Positions 1 through 13,382 are shown, counted from the stretch's first letter. The stretch: DNA of 64,000 bases from Trichosphaerium sp. ATCC 40318 (GCA_038496445.1 JALMLS010000579.1:443095-507094), one strand, 5' to 3'. The notes: a model not told the origin generated them from the letters alone. Numbers and translations are program-made.

Positions 1-950
1 CGTTTGTACTTTGTTGTTATAGTTTCTTATTAGCGTTGTAGCACAATTATAAAACTCCAGACCATCTTGTAATAAATGAACAGCATGAAGCTTGCCCAAA
101 CCTGAGAAAAAACATTTTTCGTCAAAAAAGTTGAAAACCTTGACTTTTAAAAATACCTCCAGCGTTAAACTTTTCTCGTCGAGATCCTTTCTTGTATTTA
201 CAACTAGTACTAGCGCCAAAACCTCTATAATCAAGACTCAATACCTAATTTTATAATAACTATTTCAGTCCACAATAAAAACGTTTAAAAACACGTGCTT
301 TACAACCAAGATGAACGTATTCAACTGAAATATCTCTCATCTGCTCTTCAGAGGAACCAGCTGACCCAGAATATGTAATGACTAGTATATTTCTCTTATT
401 CTTACATGAATCTCTAGGCTCATATAGACGCCCTCTTAATACCCTGCCCTCTGAAGGCCACTCTATAACCTTCGAAAAAAAATCAACAAAAAAGAAGATT
501 ATTCTCACTAAACTAACGTACTCTGACTCTCACGAGCGGTGACTTGATTTTAGTATCCTAAAACACCATTAATACTATTTGGGTACTTGTAGTTTTTTTT
601 ATTTTTTGTCACGTGCCGTGATGACCGTATTGTGTTTATTTATATACCAGTCCCAATACTCCATTGTATTATGATCATGTCTATCTTTTGAGTCGCCGAA
701 GAGTGCTTCATTCATCAGAGGCACTGTTTTATGTAATGCCGAACGAAATGGAGAAACAATATGAGAGGAGCGTAAGAACCTCTTTGTTACATCCCTACAT
801 CAATTGCGTCAGCATTAAAGAAGAATTGTATTTCAGACAGTTTAAATACCCTTGACCCGCCTCTGGATACTCTAAATCGTCGTGAATATCACCTTCGAAT
901 GCCATGGATGGCCCTGTAGTTTTCCAGACGCTCTTAGTGGATTCAGCCAT
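1..950 (-). CDS. Alpha/beta-hydrolase (ABHD12/13-like), multi-exon, 3' end runs off the window
   Basis: Spliced translation from ATG 950 (MAESTKSVW...). Exons give VIEWPSEGRVLRGRLYEP...ILVITYSGSAGS and VLSLDYRGFGAST, the DYRG(F/Y)GxS hydrolase motif. The nucleophile motif would lie outside the window. Confidence 0.7.
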
Positions 951-1578
951 TTGGATAGGATTGTTCGTCTAAATGCACTTTACTTTGGGTTAATGTTGAT
1001 GTCACCAGAGTAGAGTTGTGAAGTATTTTTTCGGTACTGTACTTCCCTTAATTACTGTTCACTTAAAAGAGATTCTTAAGCATGTAAGCTTGGCGTTCTA
1101 ACTAATTTGCCGAAGGTTTACTGAACAACAGTTTTGCCCCGAAACTTTCAATTACAACGGTTATTTGGATACTGCGTTATTGAGGTAATTTCGTCAGCTG
1201 TGATTTCCAGTAAGTTTTGTAGTGCAATTTACCTCATTGTACACCGTTTTGAACACACAAGTTCTCTTTAGATGCTTGTAGAAAGTGGTGAAGACTCAAC
1301 GTAATAATGTTACACAACAGAAAAAGATAAGAGGTGGTCATCTTTTGCGATGTACGGTATGCATAAATCAATATTAATTCTTGGAGTGGCATTATCCAAA
1401 CTTAAACGTATGGTATCACGTGACAAACACAACAGAAGGTTTTGAGGTAGAGCAATAAGAGACTAAGAAATGTAATCTAGGTGAGTAGCGCTTATTTGTA
1501 AACAATAATAGCTTTTTATTGTTTTAAGATGTGGAAAGTAATTCAAACTCTTTCTATGCTACTGCAAGTGTCACATTT

Positions 1579-2239
1579 CTAATTATGCCAAGTAGGAGCG
1601 AATACACAAGGATCAATCTAAATAAACATCAGTATCAGTATAAAGGCAATAGTGATCGAAACACAAGTCGAGAAAAAAAAGGTCATACATCAAAATCAGA
1701 CATCTTTACTTCTTGATTTTCCATTGTGTTAATACCATCTGTTATGTACACAGGATATCCTTCTACTATTGACCACATTTTTTTAATGTTGTTGGTACCT
1801 AAAAGATAGCCTGTTAAAAACCATTTGGGTGAAGTAACTCATCGAAAATAACAATACCTTTGTCAAGTACAATCTCCCATGCTCGAATGAGCTTGAATAA
1901 GTTCGAAAACATGTGAATATGGGACAACGAAGAGTAACGTACAGTTGTAGAATTCATGTCGTACATAGTAATACGATTAAGTTCTAGCTTCCCAAATTCT
2001 GTCCGCGTATTTGTAGTATTCACCTTGGAGAGGACACGTCCGTCTGGAAGTTGAATCTGTGAATGGTATTCGACATACCATCTAGTAGGTAAACGACCTG
2101 GGAAGCCTTGACCTGGTATCTCGTATGTTAACGAAACAAAGTTGTTTATCTTGAAAGGCTAGTTAACTGGGAAGTCTTCATCTTGAGATGCTACTATGGC
2201 AACGCATATAACAACAACGAGTACTAAGAGTTGTTGCAT
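1579..2239 (-). CDS. Small secreted protein of unknown family with one in-frame TAG at codon 27 (pseudogene or 18-nt intron)
   Basis: Signal peptide MQQLLVLVVVICVAIVASQ. The frame continues past TAG (2159-2161) into PFKINNFVSLTYEIPG... Three normal GT-AG introns follow, and the protein ends ...IDPCVFAPTWHN*. Confidence 0.55.
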
Positions 2240-2643
2240 AGCAAAGGAAACTGTGAAAGAAAAGTTGAGCGTCACTTAAACATTGTGGTTACTAAAAAAG
2301 GGCAAGTTCACTAAATCAAGGCATACTTATTAAAAAAACGAATTCACTGTCAGCTTAAGTGACTAAGCGAACAGCACTCTTGGTTGCATTGGCTGTTCTA
2401 TTTTTAACGCTAAAAGCCAGATATGACAAAGAATCCACTGCTAGTGCGCCTCATTCCATAATTTCTAAATACAGCTCGCTAGATTGTGCACAACCTTCAC
2501 ATATAATAAGTTACCGATAATATTGAGCGAGTTCAAGACTGTATTTTTTATTATTTTCAGTACCTAAAATACAAATTACATAAACTAACCAGTACACCGT
2601 TTCACTTTCTTAGTTTGGTTGTAAGGGCCCGTGATTCTTCTTT

Positions 2644-5168
2644 TTAATCCCACATATAGTCAAGGCAATGCCTAACTACCTCTGAACCACTAATAGCTTG
2701 AAAATAATCGCCGTGAGGAAATTTCGCCTTATCCTTTCTCATAATAATCTGAGAATCAAATACGCTTTCAGCCTTATCATCAAAGTAAACAGCCAAATCG
2801 CAATTTGTCTCATAGAACATAGTTGATAACTGATATTGTACTAGTCTCTTAGATCGCAATGCTGTCATTTCTTCCTTCTTTTCAACGTAAGCAGTAACCA
2901 ACCTACGGTTCTCATCACTCTCAAAATTTTCTGCAAGTTCATGAGCACAGTAAAAAAAAAAAAGCAACAAAAACATACCAAGGTGCGCTATGTCCTTCAG
3001 GAACATAATAAACTCTTCTATGCTGGCTATACCATTATTGATGCCTACTCCTAAACGATAGTGTGCTGTTACTTGAGCGTCACCTACTATAAATACAGGA
3101 AGAGGCGGAAAGAGGTCTTTAACGATTAGTTTCGAAGAGGTAGCCCTGTTACTTGTTAAAAAATGTTCACAGGACTAAGTCGTACGCTTTGTTAATAACA
3201 ATGTCTATCACATCTATATTAAGAGTTCCGTCTTTCTTGATATCAATACTGTCTATTAAGCTATTGATATTGTCGAATGGCTCAGCAAACAATGTACTAG
3301 TAACCTCAAATAACTTGGACAAAATTATATTTCTAGAAAAAAGTAAGAAAATAATTACTACAACATTTATGAACCGCATACGTATTATCAGGGTCATTAG
3401 ATGCGTAACTATCTATTGAATCTAAAGAACCTATGACATCCTTGAAATAACACTGTTAGCAGTTTATTGTGGAACAATATCACACCTTGCCAGTGTCACC
3501 ATCAAACACTATATGAAAAAAGAGTAAGAAAATGATATCTTTCATGTTCTTATGTGTACGTATTTGTAAATGACAGATACCATGATAAAATCTTGTGAAA
3601 ACAATAGAAACACCTTATAAAGTATATAAATAATATTATGAGGACAAAAAAAATAGCTTACCATCCACGACAAATCCAATCATAGCTTGGTTTATTTTTT
3701 TTGATAATTGAGGACATTTATCATTAAACGACTTGAAGTACACAAGCAAGGTCGTTTGTTTCAAGTCTAAAAACCTTTAGCTGCTACAAAGCAAACAAAC
3801 AACTTGAAGCCAATGAGTACCTTCTACTGTACGTTCTATACCGTTCTCAATGAAAAACTCACTTTGTTGTGTAAATGGTATATCAGCCCACTGACGCACG
3901 GCACTTTGTGTACCATCAGCACCTATATAAAATAATCTTAGTACTTAATATACCACCAAGTGAGCATTCATACCAACAAGAATATCAAACTTCAAAGTAG
4001 CTGAAGTCTCACTACAGTCTGGTTCTTTGATATCGTTATCTTTCAAATCCTTCAGCAGAGCTTCATATTTATTGTTGTTGCCTCGTTACAAAGTTAAAAG
4101 AAAAACAAAGGTTAAAAATGTGTTACCTGTCTTCTCACATACTCCTATGAATGACGTATTGAAACGTATGTCTACACCAATAGCAAAAGCTATTTTTGCT
4201 AGAAAACGTTCTAATTCATTGCACCTGAAAGTACGTATTTTGTGACCGCCAAACATCTCTTCTGTGTACTTTAGGTGTTGATGTGAGATACCTAGATCAT
4301 CTAACAAAGTGACCGCAGGATACCTGCACATTATAAGCCATCACTTCAACAATAATAAAAAGCACAAACCACGCTTTTGGCCCGACATCAAACCACGTGT
4401 TACGCGTATAAGCACCACGTTTTTCAATAAGAGTCACTTTATAACCTTCTCTCCTAGCTGCTATAGCATGTACAAGACCTATCGGGCCTCCACCTTACTG
4501 GAGTTATCGAATTAGATATCTGCTGTAAAAGCATACCGACAACGAGTATGTGTTTGTTGTGTACGCTCAATAACTCTGTTGGAAGTTTCTGAGGGTGTTA
4601 GCGAGCGTTAGGGAAGAACTGATTACCACATAAGCGATCAGCTGAAGAACAAATTGGCGAAGTTGTTGAAGAGCCAGTGAAAGGTCCACCAGAGATTCAG
4701 ACGCAACAGTTTCGCGTTCTTCACTTAAGACACAGTCATTGAGGTCGTTTTGGAGCTGTTCAACTACGCTATCGCTTGTTTCTGGTACACATTTAACTCA
4801 TTGTGTGACTAGAGGCCGTACGTGATAAGAAGACGCGTAAAACAGTATGTTTGCTGGGATTCTTAAATAGCGCCAGAAATAAGTCCTGTATCAAATGGTT
4901 GAGTGCGCACATTAGCTCACTGTACGCACACGCAAAACCCTCAAAGATTTTAAAGCTGGTGGAGGTTAAATTTCAGTTATAAAATACTCAGTACCATCTG
5001 TATCTACGTTCAGAGCCGCACGAACGTTATCGTACAACTTGTTTTGTGTAATAAAGTCACTAACCTGATACTTAGCGTTAATGTACCACAAACAATACGC
5101 CGGCGTGCCCATGTACAGTTTTGAGCGTTGACAACTGTAAAAATTACTACAAAGAGCAATAGTCTCAT
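2644..5168 (-). CDS. FAD-dependent monooxygenase (MICAL/PHBH-like), multi-exon, with N-terminal signal peptide
   Basis: GGGPIGLVHAIAARREGYKVTLIEKRGAYTRN (Rossmann GxGxxG), LERFLAKIAFAIGVDIRFNTSF, FDILVGADG (DG motif) and VFIVGDAQVTAHYRLGVGINNG (GD motif). ATG 5168 gives MRLLLFVVIFTVVNAQ. 5' exon joins are uncertain. Confidence 0.8.
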
Positions 5169-5325
5169 AGCGGGTCCTAATTAAATTCTACGCTCAGGAG
5201 ATGCTCCTCACCCTTTTATTTGTTTATCTAGTTTTGAGTATTTTCTCTGATCAAAAACTGTGCTTCGCTTAAAGTTAGTACGCAAATTACTCTAATACGC
5301 ACAAGACTAAGCACAAGAATATAAA

Positions 5326-7243
5326 ATGGCAAAGTTCGTTGATGGTACGCACCTGTAATGTTGTCTTTCGTTAACGCAAACAGTTGGATTTGTTTGGCCC
5401 TATGGAGGCAAAAAAGTACTTCTAGCAGGAAGCTGGGACTGGTCCAAACGCATACAAACTAAAAAAGGCCGTAAGTGGATAAAAATAACGTGCCAGTTGC
5501 GTTGTTCTTCTTACAATCTATAAGGTGGTGCACATACAGCAATAATGAGCTTGTCAGCAGCTAATCCGATTCAATACAAGTTCATTGTTGATGACGTTTG
5601 GTACGTAGATTGACAGTGTCCCCATAGCGTTTCTGTAGCGACAAAGACCTAACTCAAGACATACAGGTGCTACGATATTACAAAACCAACGATTAGAGCT
5701 CCGAATGGAGCTATAAATAACATACTCACTAAAGAAAAACTTGCTAAAAAAAGGACAACAGACGATGGCTCTTTAAAGTTCCGTGTACGAGTTTACTTGT
5801 AATTTACTCTACCACGTGTTGACATGTGATTATTAGCGATTCCCAAGCATAGAGAACTCTTCATTGCAAGAATTTTACGAACAAGTAAGTATAAAACACA
5901 ACCAACAGCTCCGGCTTGTGCTAACGAGCTGGTTTAGATTATGATTGAAAACAAAGATGGTGGCGAGTGGGTGATGACAGAAAAAGGTGCGGATGAGAAT
6001 AATCCTACGTCGTAGTGTGCCTAACAGCTGTATAGTACACGGAGCTAATTTCTCATTTGCAACAAATGGAGAAGAAATTTTGAGTTGCAAACGTACTTCT
6101 TCCCTTACCGACAAAGACAGGTTCTACCCTGGTACGGCAATGCTAATATGGCTTCTAAACACTCAAATTTATATTAAAACTTCTGAAGGTTGGGAGAAAA
6201 TTTTACAGGCTCATTCAGAGCGCCTTAAAAAATTGTTTTCTTTGGTTAAAGAAGAGCTTTCTGAAGAAAAGGATGAAGTCAAATCAATAGTGGTATACGG
6301 AGAATTTTGCGGTGGATTTTATCCGCACAAGGACGTTCAAAATATTGAAGGTATCAAATATGTACAAAAAGGCCTTTGGTACGTAGTACAGCAATATGAA
6401 AAATAAGTTTTCTCACACTTTGTCAAAAGGTATTCTCCAAAGTTCGAATTCTATGGGTTTGACATCTATGTGCCTCGTCATAGCTTCCTTAACTATGACC
6501 TTACAACAAAACTATTTGAGAAAGCTGGATTTTTGTATAATAAAGCTCTACAAAGAGGTACATACCAATAGATGATAAAAAAACTAAATGTACCAGGCAC
6601 TCTAAAAGAATTACTAAAGTTCGATGTTGAAACTTTTGAAAGTGTGATTCCAAGTTACCTTGGGCTTCCAAAGATTGAAGGAAACTTGGCTGAAGGTGTT
6701 GTCATCAAACCTGTAATTAACCGGTATTTGAATAAGGGTATGTAAAGTATTGATAACGTTGTAGAACTGACACATCAAACAAAATAGGATCACGTATTAT
6801 TTTAAAGAAAAAGAGGTCTTCTTTTGGAGAAGTCTCAAAAGTAAAGAAAGTCAAGCCTCTAAAAGAATTCGTAAAGCTTCCAAAGGAAGCACAGGAACAC
6901 TATGATAATTTAATACGTTATATCACTGAAAATAGGCTAAATGCAGTCATGTCAAAGGTACGACAAAGTCGAATAAAATGAATATTTGTAACAAAATCTA
7001 GGTTGGTCCTCCACAAAATAGGAAAGAAATCGGAAGGCTTGTAGGCATGTTTGGTTCAGGTTCGTTTGAATAATTTTTGCTTAGCTGCTTGCTTACGCAC
7101 TTCTAGACGCCCTTACAGACTTTAAAAAAGACTATCCTTCATTCGCACTGCTGGACAAGCCACTTCAAAAACGCATTACGAAACCATTCAATTCCCGCGT
7201 TGCAAACATGGTAATGAAAATATTCCTTCAATCCAAGGAGTAG
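5326..7243 (+). CDS. CBM48 (AMPK-beta-type glycogen-binding domain) fused to an Rnl2-family ATP-dependent RNA ligase
   Basis: Spliced: MAKFVDVGFVWPYGGKKVLLAGSWDW...QYKFIVDDVWCYDITKP...NGAINNIL (CBM48), then FRRFPSIENS, motif I EWVMTEKVHGANF, Ia SCKRT, III VYGEFCG, VQKGLWYSP, IIIa FYGFDI, IV EGVVIKP, V ILKKKRSSFGE and the C-domain YITENRLNAVMSK...GSDALTDF. All introns are GT-AG and preserve frame. Confidence 0.9.
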
Positions 7244-8717
7244 ATATTTTTATTCACAAAAAAAGTAAACGCCAAACCGTACTTTGTCAAAATAAAGTAG
7301 CGAAAAAAAAATCACAGAAAAAAACGCCTTTGTTGACTTTACTTGATTTGCCCTAAAATTCAGTTTATCGCCATCAAAACACCTAACACAACACATAATG
7401 ACTACAAAATAATTAAGAGAGTGTACTCTTGACAACACTCGGTACGTAGTTCTTTTCTGCCTTTTTCTCAAACGGAAAAAACCGCTGTCGATGATTAGAA
7501 ATACCAATCCGACAGCTTCATACGGTGTTGCTTACGAGGAGATATTGATAATAGTCTTAGACTAATTTTCATCCATCATCGCCCTTTATTCTTCGTCGGC
7601 TTTGTTCGGCTCTTGAACACCTCTCTTACGTCTTATAGGACCATCTCTAAACGATACCGAGCGATTGCATGTTGATTTAACCCAAACAAACCGCAAAAAG
7701 GTACGGAAAGTTTTTCGAAAACAAAACTCTTTCTTTTTGCACGCACCACTACCCAGGAACAAAGAAATAAATTCTTTTTTACCTGTCGTTGGATGCAATA
7801 GAAAAATACGGCATCTAGCGAGACAAGTATGCAATGATATAAACGTTGGCTTGTCCTCATACGTAATCCACATTCTCAAACAAGAAAACTAAAGATTCTC
7901 AATCTTTTTCTCAATATCGTTTTCTTACTCTACAAAAGGTTTGTCCAACGCAAAGTGCCACCACTGCGCTCCGCACTGATCACTACGTGACATAGCGCCT
8001 TTTTAGCCACTTGAAGCGCTTACTTATCCACACGTTGGCTGATGGTTGTCTACTCGCACATAATATTGCGTAGTAGCTCCCTCAGTTATCGTTGGTGGTG
8101 TAGGTAGCCTTCCTTGCTTTGTAACACCCTCTAACTTGAAACTAAAACGTACGTGCTCCTTTTGGTTTGAAATCGCTTTTCTTCCTTCTTCTTCAAACAT
8201 GCAGTCTATGATGTGCTATTCGCCATGATCCTCTGAATCTAATGAAGTGACTTACGAAGGCTGAGACCATAAAACATCCCTTTGAAAACAATTCTTGCTT
8301 TACTCGAACTTTGCATCTTTTCAACTGTTCGGCAGTATTTCTTAGATATTGTTTAGGATATCCTTGTCAGCCTACATAAAAGATGCTCATCTAGAAGATT
8401 TACATCGTTCATTCAACTGAAATGAATTGATAATAATCTGTCTTGAAAAAGGACGTTTCGGTCAAACATACTTGTATTTATTTGTTATGATAAAATAAAA
8501 CTAGTCACCAAACTGTTGCCTTTTTTATCTGTGCCTTACTGTATCGACTGTTACTATGCGACAAAAGACCTATTTTATTTTGATTCTCAATTTTCTCATG
8601 TGTAAAGTATTGGTGACCCGGTTACTCTGTTCTGCATCATTTTTCTGTTGTCTTGTTGGTCGCAAAAAGGCTTCGCCGAGAATGATATTGATTTTGTCTG
8701 GTTTGTAAAAAAAGTGT

Positions 8718-11700
8718 ATGGAACCAAAAGTGGATCGCATACACATGTAATAAATACCTGTTAGGTTTATTTAATGGATAGGTATTGGACTGTGGGCGAG
8801 GTATGCGGATGGCTAGAAAGTGTGGGTCTTGGACAAATCTCCAATGACGCAAGGTAAGCATAGTCGCTTAAAACGACTAAAAACAACAAGGAGACTTGAA
8901 TTAAACGGGAAACAATTGCTGGAGTTAACGAGTGCTAAAATAAGCGAAACAATGTCTATTAACGCTAGTACGCACTTAAAACGTAATGACTGCTTGCATG
9001 TTTATGTTTATATTAGCTTTGCACGTGTCTCTGTTACGAGAAATTTCAAAGCTACAAAACGTCCTGAACTCGAAGCAAACACAAGTCTTTAGCTTTCAAG
9101 TGCGTGTTACGGCTCAACATAATTATTTGCGCTTAGCTGGCCCATTTTTTTTTTGAGAATCGACTTCATTGCTCACACTGTTACCAAAAAACTCGCTTTA
9201 CTTTTGGGTTATTTCGGCTATTTGGTCACTTGTAAAGCGCAATATCACATGCAACAAAAGCTTATTGACAAAATATTCATAGGAGAACACCACAATCAAC
9301 GAGACACCAGATGTACAACCAATCACACAGAGAAAACACCAAACTTCAACAAACACACCCACATCAGCGTCAGATGAAGAACTAAATCCATCTACTAATC
9401 CAAATGCAAACAGAGCACAGTCACTAGATACTCAGCAACCTAAAAAAAAGAGAAAACACCTATTTTCACCTACAGCGAGAGCTCCAAGTTCAATTGCATG
9501 TGTACGGTATTATTTTTCGATTTAGAAAAACTTACTTGTTCACAAGGTAAATGACAAAGTACCATTGGAAGTGCTTGTACACATATTAAACTTTGTAACA
9601 ATATATGAGCATGAGACGTGTAAATTAACATGCCACTACTGGCTTGATATATGCCAACGATACCTCTTTAAAAGAATTACTCTTTCAGGCAAGCTGTTGT
9701 GTGAACTTTTAAGTATCACTCTAATAATGTGTAAGGAAATGATACACTTGCGTCTGCTACTAAAAATATAAACAAGTCATCAATTAATTATCTATGTTTT
9801 ATTCTGAAACGAAGGAACATTGATTTCTTGAACGAGTTGAGCAAAATGGCAGTGGACTTTAAACATCTTCAATCACTGGTATGAAAAACAGCTAGTTACA
9901 AAAGCGCAGCTCTTTTGAGTGTACTCTCTAACAATCAAGTATAGACGATCAAGGATAATTCATTTGCATGTCTTGTACAACTTGTTTGATTTGAAAAAAA
10001 AATAAGTATACTTACTCTTACGAAGACTTCATGGCATTGGCTTAATGGAGTAATGACCAGGTGCCCTATAACATCTCTTAAAGCTGTGAGTCCTCGTCCT
10101 TTGGGCGATAAGCTTCTTGGATATGGCAAAGGGTACACTTCAAGGTGAAACGTAACAACTGAATGTTTTTGTAAAAAGGCAGCTGAGTCGTTTAAAACAG
10201 TTGATATGCACTATACGTACCACAAATAGGGATCTGTTTAGAAAGCTTTCTTTGAAGGAGTATGTTTTTTTTTGGTTTTGAGTAATGAACTAACTTCAAA
10301 TAGGTTGGTTCACTTGGAAATAGACACAAGAGATATGACAATAAGTCAAACGTCAATGCTTGATTCATTCAAAAAAATGTCAAAACTTAAACTGCTTCAG
10401 TTTCATTTAAATGACAAGGCTCGAGTCAGTTCTACATTAATTCTACCTAAAGTAACGTAAGTGTATTTCCTGTATGTAGATACATGTTTACATTTCTTAG
10501 AGCGCTAAAGATATCAGCTAGTTTTTCAGTCATAATAACACAGTTTATTGTGCCAAACTTAATTATATTGGCACTTGATAACATTAAAAGCAATGCCCTG
10601 ATACAAGTGAGTCATAGATTTTACATTGCCAATATTCAAAGTTGCATTGCAGGTATTCCCACAGCTCATGAGACAAATTAAGATATTGCAAGTAAGGAAA
10701 AGCAAACTACCAGAAAGTATTGGATCAAATACACTTGAGACGTTCAACTGTGACCACTGTCCAGAGCTTGTAAGTTTTAACTAGTACTCCCTGTTAATTA
10801 TTTAATAGAAAAAGCTGTATACACCACATCTCAAACAAGTTCATCTGGAACACAAGTTGGATGTGTATTATCCTCTTTTACAAATCGGTTCATTCAATAC
10901 AACATTGTTTTCCCCTATAGACTTGCTTTCACCGTCTCTCAAAGTTATGCACTGGCACTCAATATCACTTTGTGAAGAGTGGTGGCATGCTTTATCATTG
11001 TTACCATTAGAATATATTTCAGTGCAACATGGAGATGGCATAAGTAACATTAAGAACTTGCCAACATTGAAGTACCTTTCTTTCATATCCACGTCACAAG
11101 ACACGATATCTCATGACAAACTTGAGTATATTCACAAAAAAAAGTATGGCGGACAACAGCCATTCACACTTTTTGATTGTCCTTTGTTGGTATGTTAGTT
11201 CTTATCAAGGGTTTTTTGTGGCTAACATTGTCTACTTAGAGGGAGTTATGTGTTGAACGCTCTGTATTTCCTAGCTTCTCACGGAGAACAAGAAATATAA
11301 GACACCTTGAGATCAAAAACACATCTCACTACAAGTGCCGAGCAATCCAAAAACTTTTACAACTTGAAGTACTTATTATTAAAACAGTTGTTTGTGGATG
11401 TGAAATGTTCATTGCCAATACAACTCTCAAAACCTTAAGTACAAGCAAAATACAATTATTTGACTCTTTCACTACTAATGTGATTAACCAATGGTAGAAC
11501 TTGAAGACATTTCTGCAGAAACCGTGGAATTAAACACACCTCAGTTGTGCTTTTTGTCTTTAACTGGGTCAGACTGTGTCACAAACATTATTTGGGGTAC
11601 AGAACCTATGACTAATCTAAAGACAATGTTACTTGGTAACAATGACTCTCTTGATGACAGATCGTTTGTGGGACCTTTTGATAAATTCCCATTCCCTTCT

Positions 11701-12135
11701 TTATCGTTCTTGAGTCTAAAATATACACAAATCACGTCACTAACTTTGAATCAAATTGAAACAAATTGTCCTAATATAAACATGGTATGCTTGACTCAAA
11801 TTTGTAATTTACACCTTAGTCTCTGGATCAATTCCACTGGTCTTATTTAACATCGTAATAGATAGAGTATTGTTATTATGAGAACAACAAGCAAAACATT
11901 CAAAAACTTAAAGCATTTCAAGCGATTATCAAAAGGATAACTGGCAAAGAAAAAATAGAGGATAGAGACAAACCAAAAGCACCAATAGCTGAATATACAA
12001 AAGCACACGAGTATGTCAAGATGTTGGACACAAACACTTGGACACCATTCACCACTTTTACTAAGCCTTGACAGCAAAGGTGTACTATCGACTGGCGTCC
12101 TTAAACGATATGTCAACCGATATAATGCAAAATAA
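8718..12135 (+). CDS. SAM domain + F-box + leucine-rich repeat protein, multi-exon
   Basis: WTVGEVCGWLESVGLGQ...LNGKQLLELTS...LLREISKL (SAM), VPLEVLVHILNFVT...CKLTCHYWLDIC (F-box), then many LxxLxL exons (LPTLKYLSF, MTNLKTMLL, FPSLSFLSL). The exon near 9157-9280 is uncertain. Confidence 0.75.
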
Positions 12136-12230
12136 CCAGATTTTGTGGCCAAAAGTCTCTGCACGTGGACAATAAATTGTACAGTTCTAATTAATTGGCT
12201 TTTTTGTTTTAATTGAGTACAATCAATTCA

Positions 12231-13023
12231 CTAAACATATGAACTGGTTATTTTTACACTTGAGCTAGCGCCTGTTGTTGTAACAAGCAACCTCCAGGTT
12301 TCTGTTGGAATAGTAATAACATTAAATTGTTCATCATGTTCAATACCAAGTGTGTTTCCTATGATGCTCAATGTCATTTGACCTTTTGTAAACCGTATAT
12401 TTGTAAAGCCTATGTTTAATCCTTGCTTATACTCATAATTGTTGTGCCATCCATAAAATGAAGGCAATAAATGGGATTGTTTAACATCTAAAACACGGTC
12501 CTTTTCAAAGTCGCTTAGAATGCCTACAGACTTCACACCGTACTGGATTGCTAATTTCCAAATCACTCTCTTGTACACATTTGTCCCAAGTAATTTGTGT
12601 ACCTTTATGGCTTTGTGGGTTTCCTTGTTTGAGTACGAAGTTGTATATTGCTTAGAGAATGTGTCCACAGTGAGTAGCTTTGTCTTGGCCAGTCCTAGGA
12701 AGTCTACAAGTTTCGCAAACTCTTCATCTCCGCTGAAAGAAGCAAACGCTAGAGCTATTTCGCTTGTACTCTTCTTTTGCCATGCAGATGATCTGAGCAC
12801 TCGCAAAATTGAGGTAAAGTAGTCTGGGTCCAAGTCCAAAAAGATAGCACCGTTCTTGTCATGTCTATGCTTGTTCCATCGCCCGCTGAACATAATTTCG
12901 AGAAAAGAGCTGGGAACGATACAAAGAGGTAGTAAAGAGCTTGCCTCCAACGTTTAACTCTACAATATCGTCATCGCTTATTGTCTCTTCAAGAACCTTG
13001 TTTTCCTTGTGTTGCTGCGCCAT
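12231..13023 (-). pseudogene. Intronless BTB/POZ (KCTD-type) protein with a frameshift near 12925
   Basis: The ATG 13023 frame reads DDIVELNVGGKLFTTS and then stops. The rest of the BTB (LCIVPSSFLEIMFSGRW...DKNGAIFLDLDPDYFTSILRVLR) is in another frame, with no intron to reconcile them. Confidence 0.75.
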
Positions 13024-13382
13024 TTGTAAGATTGTGTTTATTTGGTTGCGCTAGTTACTTTTCTCTCAGAGACGTCACGAAAAGTCTACAACAAAACAGC
13101 CACCATTACACCTACTGTCGTACCTGAGTTGTCTGCAATAGGACAATGAATGGAACTAGGGATAAAGCAACTGGTAGTAATGTTTATGTGACTAAATACT
13201 GAGAAATACAAGTGAATCTCCATGCGAAAAAGCACCTTTGAAACCACGTGGTATTGAGAACAATTACTCGTATTTTGTCTTTACCCGCTATTCACTCTGT
13301 TACGGAAGCGTGCACCTTTAGTGACTAAGTTGTTACTTACCTAAATAAGTCGTTTAAGCGTCAAACTCATTTTTTACACAAA

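Noticed and set aside
1814-2023. ORF ending GIVIFDEL resembling a TylF-type methyltransferase
   Set aside because: That segment falls in a predicted intron of the secreted-protein gene.
7480-8460. Exon/intron-like signals on the minus strand
   Set aside because: Every frame I tried hits stops and no family motif is recognisable; probably a decayed gene.
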